Shown: one piece after another, positions 18,951-27,291 of the stretch | How the letters are laid out: each line of letters begins with the position of its first letter | How positions within the stretch are numbered: position 1 is the stretch's first letter | Assembly (NCBI GenBank): GCA_029258835.1 | Contig: JAPDJY010000035.1 | Location: 77,302 to 141,301, forward strand | Direction: 5' to 3' | Origin: Thermoproteota archaeon | GTDB lineage: Archaea > Asgardarchaeota > Jordiarchaeia > Jordiarchaeales > Freyrarchaeaceae | DNA length: 64,000 nucleotides | Made by a program: the position numbers and the translations under genes | Notes under the pieces: model-generated | What the model saw: only the letters and a program-made list of their open reading frames with translations | Told to the model about the DNA's origin: nothing | Databases searched by the model: none

Positions 18951-20232
18951 CCTTCTCCAGTAGGAGCTTGATTATTTCTGCGTCGCTAAGTACGCCTTCA
19001 GGTGGTTTTAAAAAGTCCTTCAATATTATTGGAATGGAATCCATCCTGTAGGCGATTCCTCCAGCTTCTATTCCTGTAATTGCTGCGGGGATAGCAACTT
19101 GTGCGTGCTCCACCGTAGCAGTCCTAAAGCAATCTATAACAATTAATGGTTTCCGGACGAGTTTTCTAACTAGTTCTATTGGAAAGCTGAATACAGGATT
19201 GGAACCTATGATAAGTGCTGCGTCAAACTCGTCTCTTCCAAGCATTTCAGCAAACGTCGTCTCTCCGGGATTTGAATATGGTGCCCCTCGACTGAAATCG
19301 ATTCCAAAGGGAAAGCCAACAGTCTGTGTTGCAACATGATTAAAGCCAATCATGTTGTAATGCCCTGCCATTGGTAAAACTACAAAACGTGTGTACTCGT
19401 TTAACTCCCAGACCAGTTTGATGAGCGCTGCCAAGTTACGATATTTCCCTTTACTAGCTAAAAGCCCCATCCCGTAAAAGACAGCTCCAAAATCCCTGCT
19501 TTTCCATTCATCAATAATTCTTCTTAACGTTTTAAGGGGTACACCTGCAATTTTATCTGACCGGACGTCTTTACCTTTTAAGAGCAATCTCATAGCAGAG
19601 ATCAATTCGTAATCCCTGTTTGGCTCGACTTCAACCAAAAAATTAGCAACCTTCCCAACTCTAGTTTTCCTTATATCAAAAACGTAAACTTGCCTTTGCT
19701 CATAACCGCTCTGCGTATACGCCCCCCTAGGAAGAACACTATACCTGCCAAGATGGCGAGGATGAGAGTGTCCTGGATCACTTCCCCAGTAAACGATAAC
19801 ATCCGCCTTGTTCAACACTTCACCCAGTGTAGCCGTCGGAAAACCACTCTCTGAGCCGGCGATCCAAGTAGCACTATGGCAAATGGAGCCGGTTCCATCG
19901 ATGACGCCTCTTACTTCACGTGCTAATTCTATACCTAACAGTTGAGCCTCAACAGAGGAAGAGCTCCATCCCCAAAGCACGGGTCTCTCAGCATTAAGTA
20001 GAATCTCAGCAGCCTTCTCGATCGCTTCATCAATGGTTGCCTCTCTTTTTCCTCCATCCCTTATAAATGGTTTTAGAAGCCTTTCCTCGCTCTTTGCCTT
20101 TAAAAATTTCTCCTCACCATGGCCGCATAAGTTGAAAGTAGAAGTAATTTTCCCATCTTCGACCTCAACTATAACATCATCACATAACAAACCGCATCCG
20201 GTACAAACAGTTTTAACCTTCAACCATGCCAC
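18934..20232 (-). CDS. fwdB: Formylmethanofuran dehydrogenase subunit B
   Basis: CTGCGLLCDD, SICH (Cys ligand), TLGEVLNKAD, HPRH, GHYNM, AYRMD. Confidence 0.9.
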   Translation of the reverse strand: MAWLKVKTVCTGCGLLCDDVIVEVEDGKITSTFNLCGHGEEKFLKAKSEERLLKPFIRDGGKREATIDEAIEKAAEILLNAERPVLWGWSSSSVEAQLLGIELAREVRGVIDGTGSICHSATWIAGSESGFPTATLGEVLNKADVIVYWGSDPGHSHPRHLGRYSVLPRGAYTQSGYEQRQVYVFDIRKTRVGKVANFLVEVEPNRDYELISAMRLLLKGKDVRSDKIAGVPLKTLRRIIDEWKSRDFGAVFYGMGLLASKGKYRNLAALIKLVWELNEYTRFVVLPMAGHYNMIGFNHVATQTVGFPFGIDFSRGAPYSNPGETTFAEMLGRDEFDAALIIGSNPVFSFPIELVRKLVRKPLIVIDCFRTATVEHAQVAIPAAITGIEAGGIAYRMDSIPIILKDFLKPPEGVLSDAEIIKLLLEKVRSGS

Positions 20233-20373
20233 CCTTCATTAGCATTTAACTTAGGATGTGAAAACTTCTCATTTACCTATATTTAGGTTTTTATTTGATG
20301 GCTCATAGGAGTTAAAGTAAACTTTAATTTGGTACGCCTTAGAAGCACTCTTCCCGTGAACTAGCGATTGTAA

Positions 20374-20937
20374 AAGACGAAGGGGTTAATAGCGATAGCT
20401 GATAGGTTAAAAGAGCATTCCATTGAGGCCGTGCATGAACTGAAAGAGATGAACTTAGAGGTCATCATGTTGACCGGAGACAATTGGAGGACTGCTAAAG
20501 CAATAGCGGACCAAGTAGGTGTGGACCATATACTAGCTGAGGTCCTACCTGAGGATAAGGCGCATGTGATAAAAAGGCTTCAAACGGAGGGAAAGACCGT
20601 GGCTATGGTTGGCGATGGAATAAATGACGCGCCGGCTCTTGCGCAGGCAGACGTAGGAATCGCTATAGGGTCGGGGACAGACATAGCAATCGAAGCGGGA
20701 GATATAATTCTCATTAAGGATGATTTAAGAGACATCGCCTTATCTATAAAGTTAAGTAGAAAAACTGTAAGTAAGATAAAGCAAAACTTGTTTTGGGCTT
20801 TCATATACAACGCAGCAGTCATCCCTATAGCCGCCGGCATCCTTTACCCCTTACTTTTACATCCTGCAATAGCAGCAGCTGCAATGGCTATGAGCTCTGT
20901 TAGCGTCGTAACAAACTCTCTTCTACTTAAAAGGTGA
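20374..20937 (+). pseudogene. copA: C-terminal remnant of a CopA-type P1B ATPase
   Basis: [44 protein letters not shown] present; in-frame TAA at 20371; no CPC, DKTGT or actuator region and no room for them. Confidence 0.85.
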
Positions 20938-20976
20938 ATATAGAGAAACTGAGAAGAGGAAGGGGGAGGCGATATA

Positions 20977-21138
20977 GTGGAAGATATAGGAAAGGTTATA
21001 GACCCTGTATGCAAAATGGAGGTTGACAAGAGGACTGCTAAATGGAAAAGCGAGTATAAAGGTAGAACATATTACTTCTGCGCTCCCGGATGCAAACAAG
21101 CATTTGAAGAAGAACCTGAAAGATACTTAAAAAATTAG
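20977..21138 (+). CDS. YHS-domain small metal-binding protein (53 aa; not in ORF track)
   Basis: Manual translation includes DPVCKMEV, YKGRTYYFCAPGCKQAFEEEPERY; GGAGG RBS. Confidence 0.85.
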   Translation: MEDIGKVIDPVCKMEVDKRTAKWKSEYKGRTYYFCAPGCKQAFEEEPERYLKN

Positions 21139-21149
21139 GGAGTATAGGA

Positions 21150-21182
21150 AGTTTTATTCTTTCTTTTTTTTATTATACTTTT
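21150..21182 (+). terminator. T-rich archaeal terminator after the YHS gene
   Basis: gttttattctttcttttttttatt follows the stop codon, between convergent genes. Confidence 0.5.
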
Positions 21183-21183
21183 A

Positions 21184-21660
21184 TTATACTGTTCTTAGTT
21201 CGATAGCCCCGCTGAAGCAGTATAGTTCACACACCCTACACGTTTTAATGGGACCATATCGCCTGCACTTTGTAAGGTCTATCACCTTAATTTTCCCGTC
21301 TTCCACCCTGAAAACTACGTCGTCTTTTATTTCTCCTTTTCCGCTCCCTATAAGAGGGTGTTCCGCCGCTATAGCTGGGCAGCCAACCACACAATTGCCG
21401 CACCCGGTGCACTTTTCTGGATGTATTATAAGTCCCGTCTCCGCAACAGCGTCCTTAGGTGCAAATAACTCTCTAAGTTGTTGAAGCTTGTCTTTATACT
21501 TTGGGTCTTCAACTAGTGGAGGGCAATCCTCTGGTTTCTTCTCTCCTTTAAGAAGTTGGACGGCAAAAACCATGCAGTTTGGCAGGCCACACTTTTTACA
21601 GTTGGTTCCTGGGAGAAGCTTATAAATTTGATAGGCATTAAGTTTTGACATCTTTCCCAC
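21184..21660 (-). CDS. Fwd-associated ferredoxin: N-terminal FeS domain plus 4Fe-4S dicluster
   Basis: LPGTNCKKCGLPNC...CP; CTGCGNCVVGCP; CRVCELYC; directly downstream of fwdA. Confidence 0.8.
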   Translation of the reverse strand: MGKMSKLNAYQIYKLLPGTNCKKCGLPNCMVFAVQLLKGEKKPEDCPPLVEDPKYKDKLQQLRELFAPKDAVAETGLIIHPEKCTGCGNCVVGCPAIAAEHPLIGSGKGEIKDDVVFRVEDGKIKVIDLTKCRRYGPIKTCRVCELYCFSGAIELRTV

Positions 21661-21666
21661 CTTCTG

Positions 21667-23193
21667 TTACACGGAAGAAAGCGCGACTTTCAGTACTTTT
21701 TCCATTTCGCTTAGTTCTAAGTCGAAGGAGTAAAAACGCTCCATCAAAGCAAAGACATCGTCTGGGGGTTCTCCTTCCCTCTTAGCCCAGAGCGTTTTCC
21801 CCGCAGTTGAACGCATTACCTCCCCATTTTTGACTATAATTTCCCCGCCTTTTATAGTGTATGCTGTTTTGGATAGGGCTTTAACCAGGGCCTCATAGTC
21901 TTTACTTGGATCCGTACTCTCTGGGTTGAAGTCATACACTGCCACATCTGCTTCCGCGCCACGTGAGAGGTTTCCTTTCCCATTTAACCCTAAGGCCGCG
22001 GCTGGACTACACCTAGTTACCATGAACAATTCTTGTAAGGTGAGCTCTTGGTCTAACTGTGAGAGTTGCCCGTTCTTATCCATTTTTTCTCTTGCTTTTT
22101 TACTTACAAGCCACGCTGCTACAAGGGGGTAATCTGATGCTAACCCACAGTTTGGATGATTCACTGTTAATTGCACTTTTGAGAGATCTTTCACGTTGAG
22201 AAGTAGTTTAAGTCCTACTGCCCAAAGCTCACCCAGTTTTTCTCCTACTTTAATTAGGGTTGAAACGCCCTCTATTTCGATTTGATCCAGAAAACTTAGT
22301 CTTCCAAGATGAGCGTAGGCGAGATACGGGTCAGAAGACGTCATGATTTTTCCTGTTAACGTAGTCTGCCCTATCTCGGCCTCTATGTTCGAAGCTGAAT
22401 TTATGTACTTGGCGAGTTCCTCAGCTTTTTCTTCTTCCTCTCCGAACGTGTAGAGCTGTGCATGCGCCAAGTGTACTTTTCCAACTTCCCTTAACTTTTC
22501 TAACGTTCTAACTGCTTTTTCGTATCCTCCCTTCTGTAAGGCGCCATCTGGATGGATGTGGAGAGGGGACGGTAGGTTAAGGATTTGCGAGGCTTTCAAA
22601 ATGAACTCGGCATATTCCAAGGGACTTACTCCTAAATGTCTTATTTTTTCTTCCATTCCTTTCCACTCTCTTTTCCATGTCCAAGCCTCGGCGCTCAGCG
22701 GATTAACAAGTTTAATTCCATACGTTTTTGTTGTTCTTAGAAGCCATGCTATAGTGTCAGCGGCGGCTTTAACGTCTCCCTGCTGGGCGAGCGTTAACAG
22801 AAACCAGTTGGAGTCGAGGAGGAGTAGGCATGCTTTATCTAGTGAGTGGGCTTCTTGAAGCCAAAGGTGTGTGTGGAGAGCTCTTGAAAAGAATGTCCCG
22901 GACTCCACTATGAAGGTGTAACCATTCTTGAGGTATACTTCACCTGTTTCTCTTGGAAGAGGTACTTTTAAATTGATCATTTTAGCGAAACTTAACGTTT
23001 GCGCCGCTAAGTGGGTGTGGCAGTCTATCCCTCCAGGAACGACCATTTTCCCCTTTACATCTAAAACCTTGCTTTCCCTTTCGTCCACTTGATCCACGAT
23101 GAAGCCGTCCTTAATCATAATATCCATTTTTTCTCCTTCTATTCCGTTAAGCGGGTCAAAAACGAACCCGTTCTTCAATATTATTCCGCTCAT
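21667..23193 (-). CDS. fwdA: Formylmethanofuran dehydrogenase subunit A-like amidohydrolase (divergent)
   Basis: IILKNGFVFDPLNG, PGGIDCHTH, YGIKLVNP, HIH, HPN, GAEADVAVYD, YTIKGG. Confidence 0.8.
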   Translation of the reverse strand: MSGIILKNGFVFDPLNGIEGEKMDIMIKDGFIVDQVDERESKVLDVKGKMVVPGGIDCHTHLAAQTLSFAKMINLKVPLPRETGEVYLKNGYTFIVESGTFFSRALHTHLWLQEAHSLDKACLLLLDSNWFLLTLAQQGDVKAAADTIAWLLRTTKTYGIKLVNPLSAEAWTWKREWKGMEEKIRHLGVSPLEYAEFILKASQILNLPSPLHIHPDGALQKGGYEKAVRTLEKLREVGKVHLAHAQLYTFGEEEEKAEELAKYINSASNIEAEIGQTTLTGKIMTSSDPYLAYAHLGRLSFLDQIEIEGVSTLIKVGEKLGELWAVGLKLLLNVKDLSKVQLTVNHPNCGLASDYPLVAAWLVSKKAREKMDKNGQLSQLDQELTLQELFMVTRCSPAAALGLNGKGNLSRGAEADVAVYDFNPESTDPSKDYEALVKALSKTAYTIKGGEIIVKNGEVMRSTAGKTLWAKREGEPPDDVFALMERFYSFDLELSEMEKVLKVALSSV

Positions 23194-23612
23194 TCTCTAT
23201 TCCCTTCTACCTCTTCAATCATTTTCTTGATTTCTTCTAACGTAGTTACTTCACTACTGGTAACTTCCAACGTTGCCTTTACAAGATAGTAATGTTCTCC
23301 CCATGTAACCTGAATGTCCTTTTCGGAGATGGCATTAAACCATGGACCATTCGGCATAAGTGCTAATCCAGGTTTGGTTTCATCGCTTTCATATGCCTTA
23401 ACTACAACGTTCCCATGATCGGTTGTGACCTTAACCTTATCCCCATTTTTCACTCCATTCTTTCCCATGTCTTCCTTGCTTAGAAGGATAACTGCCGTGG
23501 TTTCAACATATCCTTCCATGCCTTTCTCTGCTTTCTCGATCGATTGCTCGACAGAGCGAACTCCACAAATGGTGACCTCAAATTTAGGAGCTAAAAGCCT
23601 GAGTAGCGACAT
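23190..23612 (-). CDS. fwdD: Formylmethanofuran dehydrogenase subunit D (molybdopterin dinucleotide-binding domain)
   Basis: RSVEQ, GDKVKVTTDHGNVVV, PGLALMPNGPWFN; overlaps the fwdA start. Confidence 0.8.
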   Translation of the reverse strand: MSLLRLLAPKFEVTICGVRSVEQSIEKAEKGMEGYVETTAVILLSKEDMGKNGVKNGDKVKVTTDHGNVVVKAYESDETKPGLALMPNGPWFNAISEKDIQVTWGEHYYLVKATLEVTSSEVTTLEEIKKMIEEVEGNRE

Positions 23613-23726
23613 TCTAAGACGCTCCTTTCATTCAGGCTATTTTAGGCAAGCTTAAAATAAAACTTTTACCGCTTTTAATCCTCGATAGTTAAAAGGGCCA
23701 TAATGTTTGCTGGAGGCGGGAGCATT

Positions 23727-24581
23727 GTGAAGGGATGGCTATTCGAAATCTTCTCCTCCTACCAATCCTTACTAAAATAAGGGGTGAAGGGGAGGGTGGA
23801 AGCGTAAAGGGGTCAAATTACGGGAAGCGGACGATATAGGCCATCCGAGGGGCCGTCGACTTATCCGCTTCTCGGGGTGTAACATATGGTTAGGAGAGTT
23901 TGGTAGGCGAGGGTGTGGGTGGTGCGACACCTTAAACGGCGCCAGACGCCCCACGCCGCTCAGCCTAAATCTGAATATTTGAAGATATCAACAGTTGAAG
24001 AAGGCATGTTTCAAGTGAAAAATCCCGTGGAGCCAGGACTAGTTGTAGAATACGTTAAACGTGTCCACTCACCAGATGTTCACGCGATTTCCCTGACAGG
24101 AGGGGAACCATTATTTCAACTAGAGTTCCTCGCTTCAATAATGAAAGCCCTTAAAGGGGAAGGATACAAAACATACTTGGAAACCAACGGTTCAATGCCG
24201 GAACGAATGGATAAAATAGCATTCTTAACAGACTATTGTTGCTGTGATATTAAAGATGAAACGGCAGGTGCAGCAGAAAACTGGAGACGGCTCGTTGAGC
24301 TGGAGCTAAAAACAATAAGTATACTTATAGATAATGGTGTCAGCGTCTTCGCTAAGGTTGTCGTTACTTCGGAGACGAAGCCTGAAAACGTTGAATGGTA
24401 TGCATCAAAGCTTTCAAGGATGGACTGCCCGCTATGTATTCAACCGGTAACGCCTATAAGGAATTATAGGCCGCCTTCACAACGCCAACTCTTCAGCTTC
24501 ACGGAGGCGGCAGCAAAACATCTTGGGAGCGATAATGTGGCCATATCTGTTCAAGTACACAAGTTTTTGGGTATACCTTAA
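23727..24581 (+). CDS. queE: 7-carboxy-7-deazaguanine synthase split by three BHB micro-introns; join(23727..23765,23789..23837,23861..23928,23946..24581), 263 aa
   Basis: GGAGG RBS at 23712-23716 and GTG at 23727. Spliced product MKGWLFEIFSSYQGEGGSVKGSNYGKRTIFIRFSGCNIWLGEFGRRGCGWCDTPHAAQ..., then SLTGGEPL, YLETNG, CDIK, CIQP, VQVHK. Operon with DUF366 and queD. Confidence 0.9.
23766..23788 (+). other. queE intron 1 (23 nt, BHB)
   Basis: Central helix TACC(23760-63)/GGTG(23783-86); bulges AA^T and AA^G; intron stem CCTTA/TAAGG; contains in-frame TAA; splice gives CAA|GGG = Q|G of SYQGEG. Confidence 0.88.
23838..23860 (+). other. queE intron 2 (23 nt, bulge-helix-loop variant)
   Basis: 11-bp exon helix CGGGAAGCGGA/TCCGCTTCTCG; central helix CGAT/GTCG; 5' bulge AT^A; 3' loop AC^TTA; intron stem GGCC/GGCC; splice gives T|TT = Phe of TIFIRFSGCN and removes a TAG. 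Confidence 0.88.
23929..23945 (+). other. queE intron 3 (17 nt, relaxed BHB)
   Basis: Exon helix GGTGTGGG/CCCACGCC; central helix TGCG/CGCC (3 of 4 pairs); bulges AC^A and AG^A; intron stem CC/GG; splice gives GAC|ACG = D|T of CGWCDT and restores frame. Junction could shift by 1-2 nt. Confidence 0.78.
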
Positions 24582-24595
24582 GGGGAGGCACCCAC

Positions 24596-25231
24596 TTGAA
24601 CTTGAAAAACTTGGAAGTAGTGGAACAGGCTCCTTTAACTGTGGCATTAGTTCCCTTTACTCATCATTTTCCATATACCGGAAGGGAAATAGCGCCGCTG
24701 TGGGCTCTGAAGACATTCGGCATACAGGGGGATTCCATAATCGTTTTCCGTGGTCCCCTTAGCGTTTTAGAGTCCGAACTCGTAGACGTGAAAGACCTTG
24801 TCTTTGAAGGAGGAAAAGGACGCCCTGTTATTTCGTCTAAGGATGCCATAAGCTTTATCATAGAACATTTTGATCAGCAACCACCATCTCTACGGCTAAT
24901 GTATCATAGACTTAGGATCATAGCGTTCCTTTTTAAGGAGCTTGCCGAGGAAAAATGCGGCTTAAGGCTTCAACGTGACGGTACAGACACATACTTTAAT
25001 GGAGGAAAACTTAACGTTGGGGTGGCAACAGTTTCCTCGGGATCCGGAAAAATCCATTTTGCAATAAACATTTCCGTTGAGGGAGCGCCTCCCGGAATCA
25101 AAGTAGCAAGCCTCCTAGACTTAGGCGTTAGCGAAGGTGAAGTCGAGTCGTTTGCTGTTTCCCTCGCTAAACGTTACAGGCGTGAGATACTAGACGTTGA
25201 GAGTGACGTTGCGAAATCTAAAACCTTCTAA
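24596..25231 (+). CDS. DUF366 family protein (lipoate-ligase-like; clusters with que genes)
   Basis: FGIQGDSIIVFRG, FIIEHFD, KLNVGVAT, KIHFAINI; lies between queE and queD. Confidence 0.8.
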   Translation: MNLKNLEVVEQAPLTVALVPFTHHFPYTGREIAPLWALKTFGIQGDSIIVFRGPLSVLESELVDVKDLVFEGGKGRPVISSKDAISFIIEHFDQQPPSLRLMYHRLRIIAFLFKELAEEKCGLRLQRDGTDTYFNGGKLNVGVATVSSGSGKIHFAINISVEGAPPGIKVASLLDLGVSEGEVESFAVSLAKRYRREILDVESDVAKSKTF

Positions 25232-25241
25232 GGGTGATAAG

Positions 25242-25703
25242 TTGCCCTACAGGCTTACGGTTGAAAGAGCAGACTTAACGTTTTCAGCTGCCCATTTCCT
25301 CCTCAAACATGAGAAGTGTGCCCGTTTACACGGTCATAACTATAAGGTTAGGGTGGAAGTTGCTTCCGACCTTTTAGATGGAAAACACATGGTGATCGAC
25401 TTCTTTTCCATAAGAGAGCTGGCTAGAAAGGCGTGCGAACCGTTGGATCATCGCGTTTTAATACCAGCTAAGTCTAATGAAATCTCGATTAAAGAATGTG
25501 AAAACGAGGTTGAAGTTGTTCTCACCGACCGGAGGTACGTTTTCCCCAGAAGCGATGTAGCGTTACTACCTTTAGAAGCCACAACTGTAGAAAAAATTGC
25601 TGAATATCTCTATGCGAAGATTAGGGAGAAGCTCCCGGAAGGTTTTAATCTTAAGGTCTCAGTAGAGGAAGCTGAAGGAGCTATAGCAACGTTTGAACTA
25701 TAA
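25242..25703 (+). CDS. queD: 6-carboxy-5,6,7,8-tetrahydropterin synthase (TTG start after GGGTGA RBS)
   Basis: FSAAHF, CARLHGHNY, MVIDF, LDH, TTVEKIA. Confidence 0.88.
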   Translation: MPYRLTVERADLTFSAAHFLLKHEKCARLHGHNYKVRVEVASDLLDGKHMVIDFFSIRELARKACEPLDHRVLIPAKSNEISIKECENEVEVVLTDRRYVFPRSDVALLPLEATTVEKIAEYLYAKIREKLPEGFNLKVSVEEAEGAIATFEL

Positions 25704-26531
25704 CTCCTCCAGAAAGACGAGTTTTAACTCCTGTATGCTTATCCTTTCTCCCCGCTTTAGCTTCTCCCTTATAGCTGCCGCTCTTTCCTTCATCATTTTC
25801 TTCTTTTTTCTCTCCTCTTCTTCTTTTCTTTTCTTCAATGCTTTATTATACAGCCGTCTATAAACGGCCTCCTCGTCTTCAAGCTTCACTAGCTCATTTT
25901 CTTTCTCAACGATCTTCCCAAAAACCTTTAAGAAGTTCTTATGTGCTTGCTCTGCCTGAGCCCTAAACTCCATCATTTTCTCCTGTAGCTCGAAGATTTT
26001 TTCATCAAGAAGCGCGATCCCCTCGCTTTTTTGCCTGATCTCGTCAAGAATCCTCTGTCTTCTCTTTTTAAGTTCTCCGATCTCTTCTCTCATCTTTTTT
26101 AACTTCTCCCAGATCTCGATTTCTCCCTCGAGCCTAGCGATTTCTTTTACTAGCATGTTTTCCTTTTCAAGAGGAAGCGGATTTGTCTGAATAACCCATT
26201 CTAACTCTTCGATCCTTTCTCTAACCCGCTTCTCCCGAATGGCAGATTCCTTTCTTGACTTATTCTTAATCTCCTCCGACAGAACTCTTATCCTTTCCTT
26301 AACCTTTTTCAGCTCTTCTTTAATTTCTTTAATTTCCTCAACCTTTCTTTGCCTTTTCTTTCTGAGCTCTCTTATCTCTTGGAGTAGCTTTTTAGCCTTC
26401 ATATTGCTTTTTTTTCTCGCTTCTTTATGTTTCTCAGCGTACTCCCGTAATCTTTTTAGTTCTTCCTGAACCTTTAGACGGTGCTTTTCGATCTCTGACA
26501 TTTTCGCCCTGTAAAATTCTTCAGTCTGCAT
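25698..26531 (-). CDS. Archaeal long coiled-coil protein
   Basis: K/E-rich heptads; IEELEWVIQTNPLPLEKE; C-terminal EKLKRGERISIQEL; ATG 26531 preceded by GGAGG. Confidence 0.7.
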   Translation of the reverse strand: MQTEEFYRAKMSEIEKHRLKVQEELKRLREYAEKHKEARKKSNMKAKKLLQEIRELRKKRQRKVEEIKEIKEELKKVKERIRVLSEEIKNKSRKESAIREKRVRERIEELEWVIQTNPLPLEKENMLVKEIARLEGEIEIWEKLKKMREEIGELKKRRQRILDEIRQKSEGIALLDEKIFELQEKMMEFRAQAEQAHKNFLKVFGKIVEKENELVKLEDEEAVYRRLYNKALKKRKEEEERKKKKMMKERAAAIREKLKRGERISIQELKLVFLEEL

Positions 26532-26649
26532 GTAATACTGGCCTCCATAGACAACTTTAATTACAACTTTAATTCTCAACTATATTAAAAAATCCTTGGT
26601 ACTCCAACTTGCCTTTCAACGAGATGTAGTTAAGACACTGGGGGGAATA

Positions 26650-27231
26650 ATGTTACGTCGAAAAGACTATTACTACGTTAAAGCCCGCAGAGAAGGGTAT
26701 AGGTCTAGGGCAGCCTACAAGTTAAAACAGATCGCTGTCAAGTTTAAAATCTTTCAGGACGTAAAGAAAGTGATAGATTTATGTTGTGCCCCTGGAGGAT
26801 GGCTTCAGGTGGCACGAGAGTTCGTGGGGGAAGAAGGGCAGATAATAGGGGTCGACTTAGTGGACATACGAAGTATTCCAAGCGTCACCTTTATCAAAGG
26901 CGACATACAAAAGGAGGAGACACTCCAAAGGATTTTAGAAGTTGCCGGTGAAGTTGATTTAGTACTAAGTGACTGCTCCCCCAAAGTGAGTGGGGTATGG
27001 TGTCTGGATCATGAACGGCAGATACAATTGGCTAGGGCTAGTTTAAACATTGCTAAGCACACGCTGAGAAAAGGAGGAACACTCGTTTTGAAGGTGTTCC
27101 AAGGATCAGAGTATACAACGATCCTCGAAGAAATACGTAAAAGTTTTCGGAAAGTCTACACCACTAAGCCCGCTGCTTCTAGAAGGCGAAGCGCTGAAAT
27201 GTACGTGATAGCGAAGTACTTTATGAAGTAA
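26650..27231 (+). CDS. rlmE: 23S rRNA Um2552 methyltransferase (RrmJ/FtsJ)
   Basis: YRSRAAYKL, DLCCAPGGW, LSD, KVFQG, KPAASRRRSAEMY. Confidence 0.92.
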   Translation: MLRRKDYYYVKARREGYRSRAAYKLKQIAVKFKIFQDVKKVIDLCCAPGGWLQVAREFVGEEGQIIGVDLVDIRSIPSVTFIKGDIQKEETLQRILEVAGEVDLVLSDCSPKVSGVWCLDHERQIQLARASLNIAKHTLRKGGTLVLKVFQGSEYTTILEEIRKSFRKVYTTKPAASRRRSAEMYVIAKYFMK

Positions 27232-27291
27232 ATTTTATGGTTTAGAGAGAGGTAGCTTGAAAAGAATGATAAAAAGTGGAGAGCAACATTG

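Noticed and set aside
23884-23913. A fourth, in-frame intron explaining the CX11 spacer
   Set aside because: No complementary arms or BHB geometry; expanded Cys spacers are known in QueE
23772-23954. 60-aa minus-strand ORF
   Set aside because: Antisense shadow of the intron-containing queE 5' region
23727-23960. queE as a decayed pseudogene, sequencing error or selenocysteine/pyrrolysine readthrough
   Set aside because: The disruptions are 17-23-nt structured insertions rather than point indels, all motifs are intact after splicing, and each insert also shifts frame, so readthrough cannot restore the protein
25698-26531. T/C-rich low-complexity stretch as a repeat element
   Set aside because: Explained by Lys/Glu codons of the minus-strand coiled-coil protein
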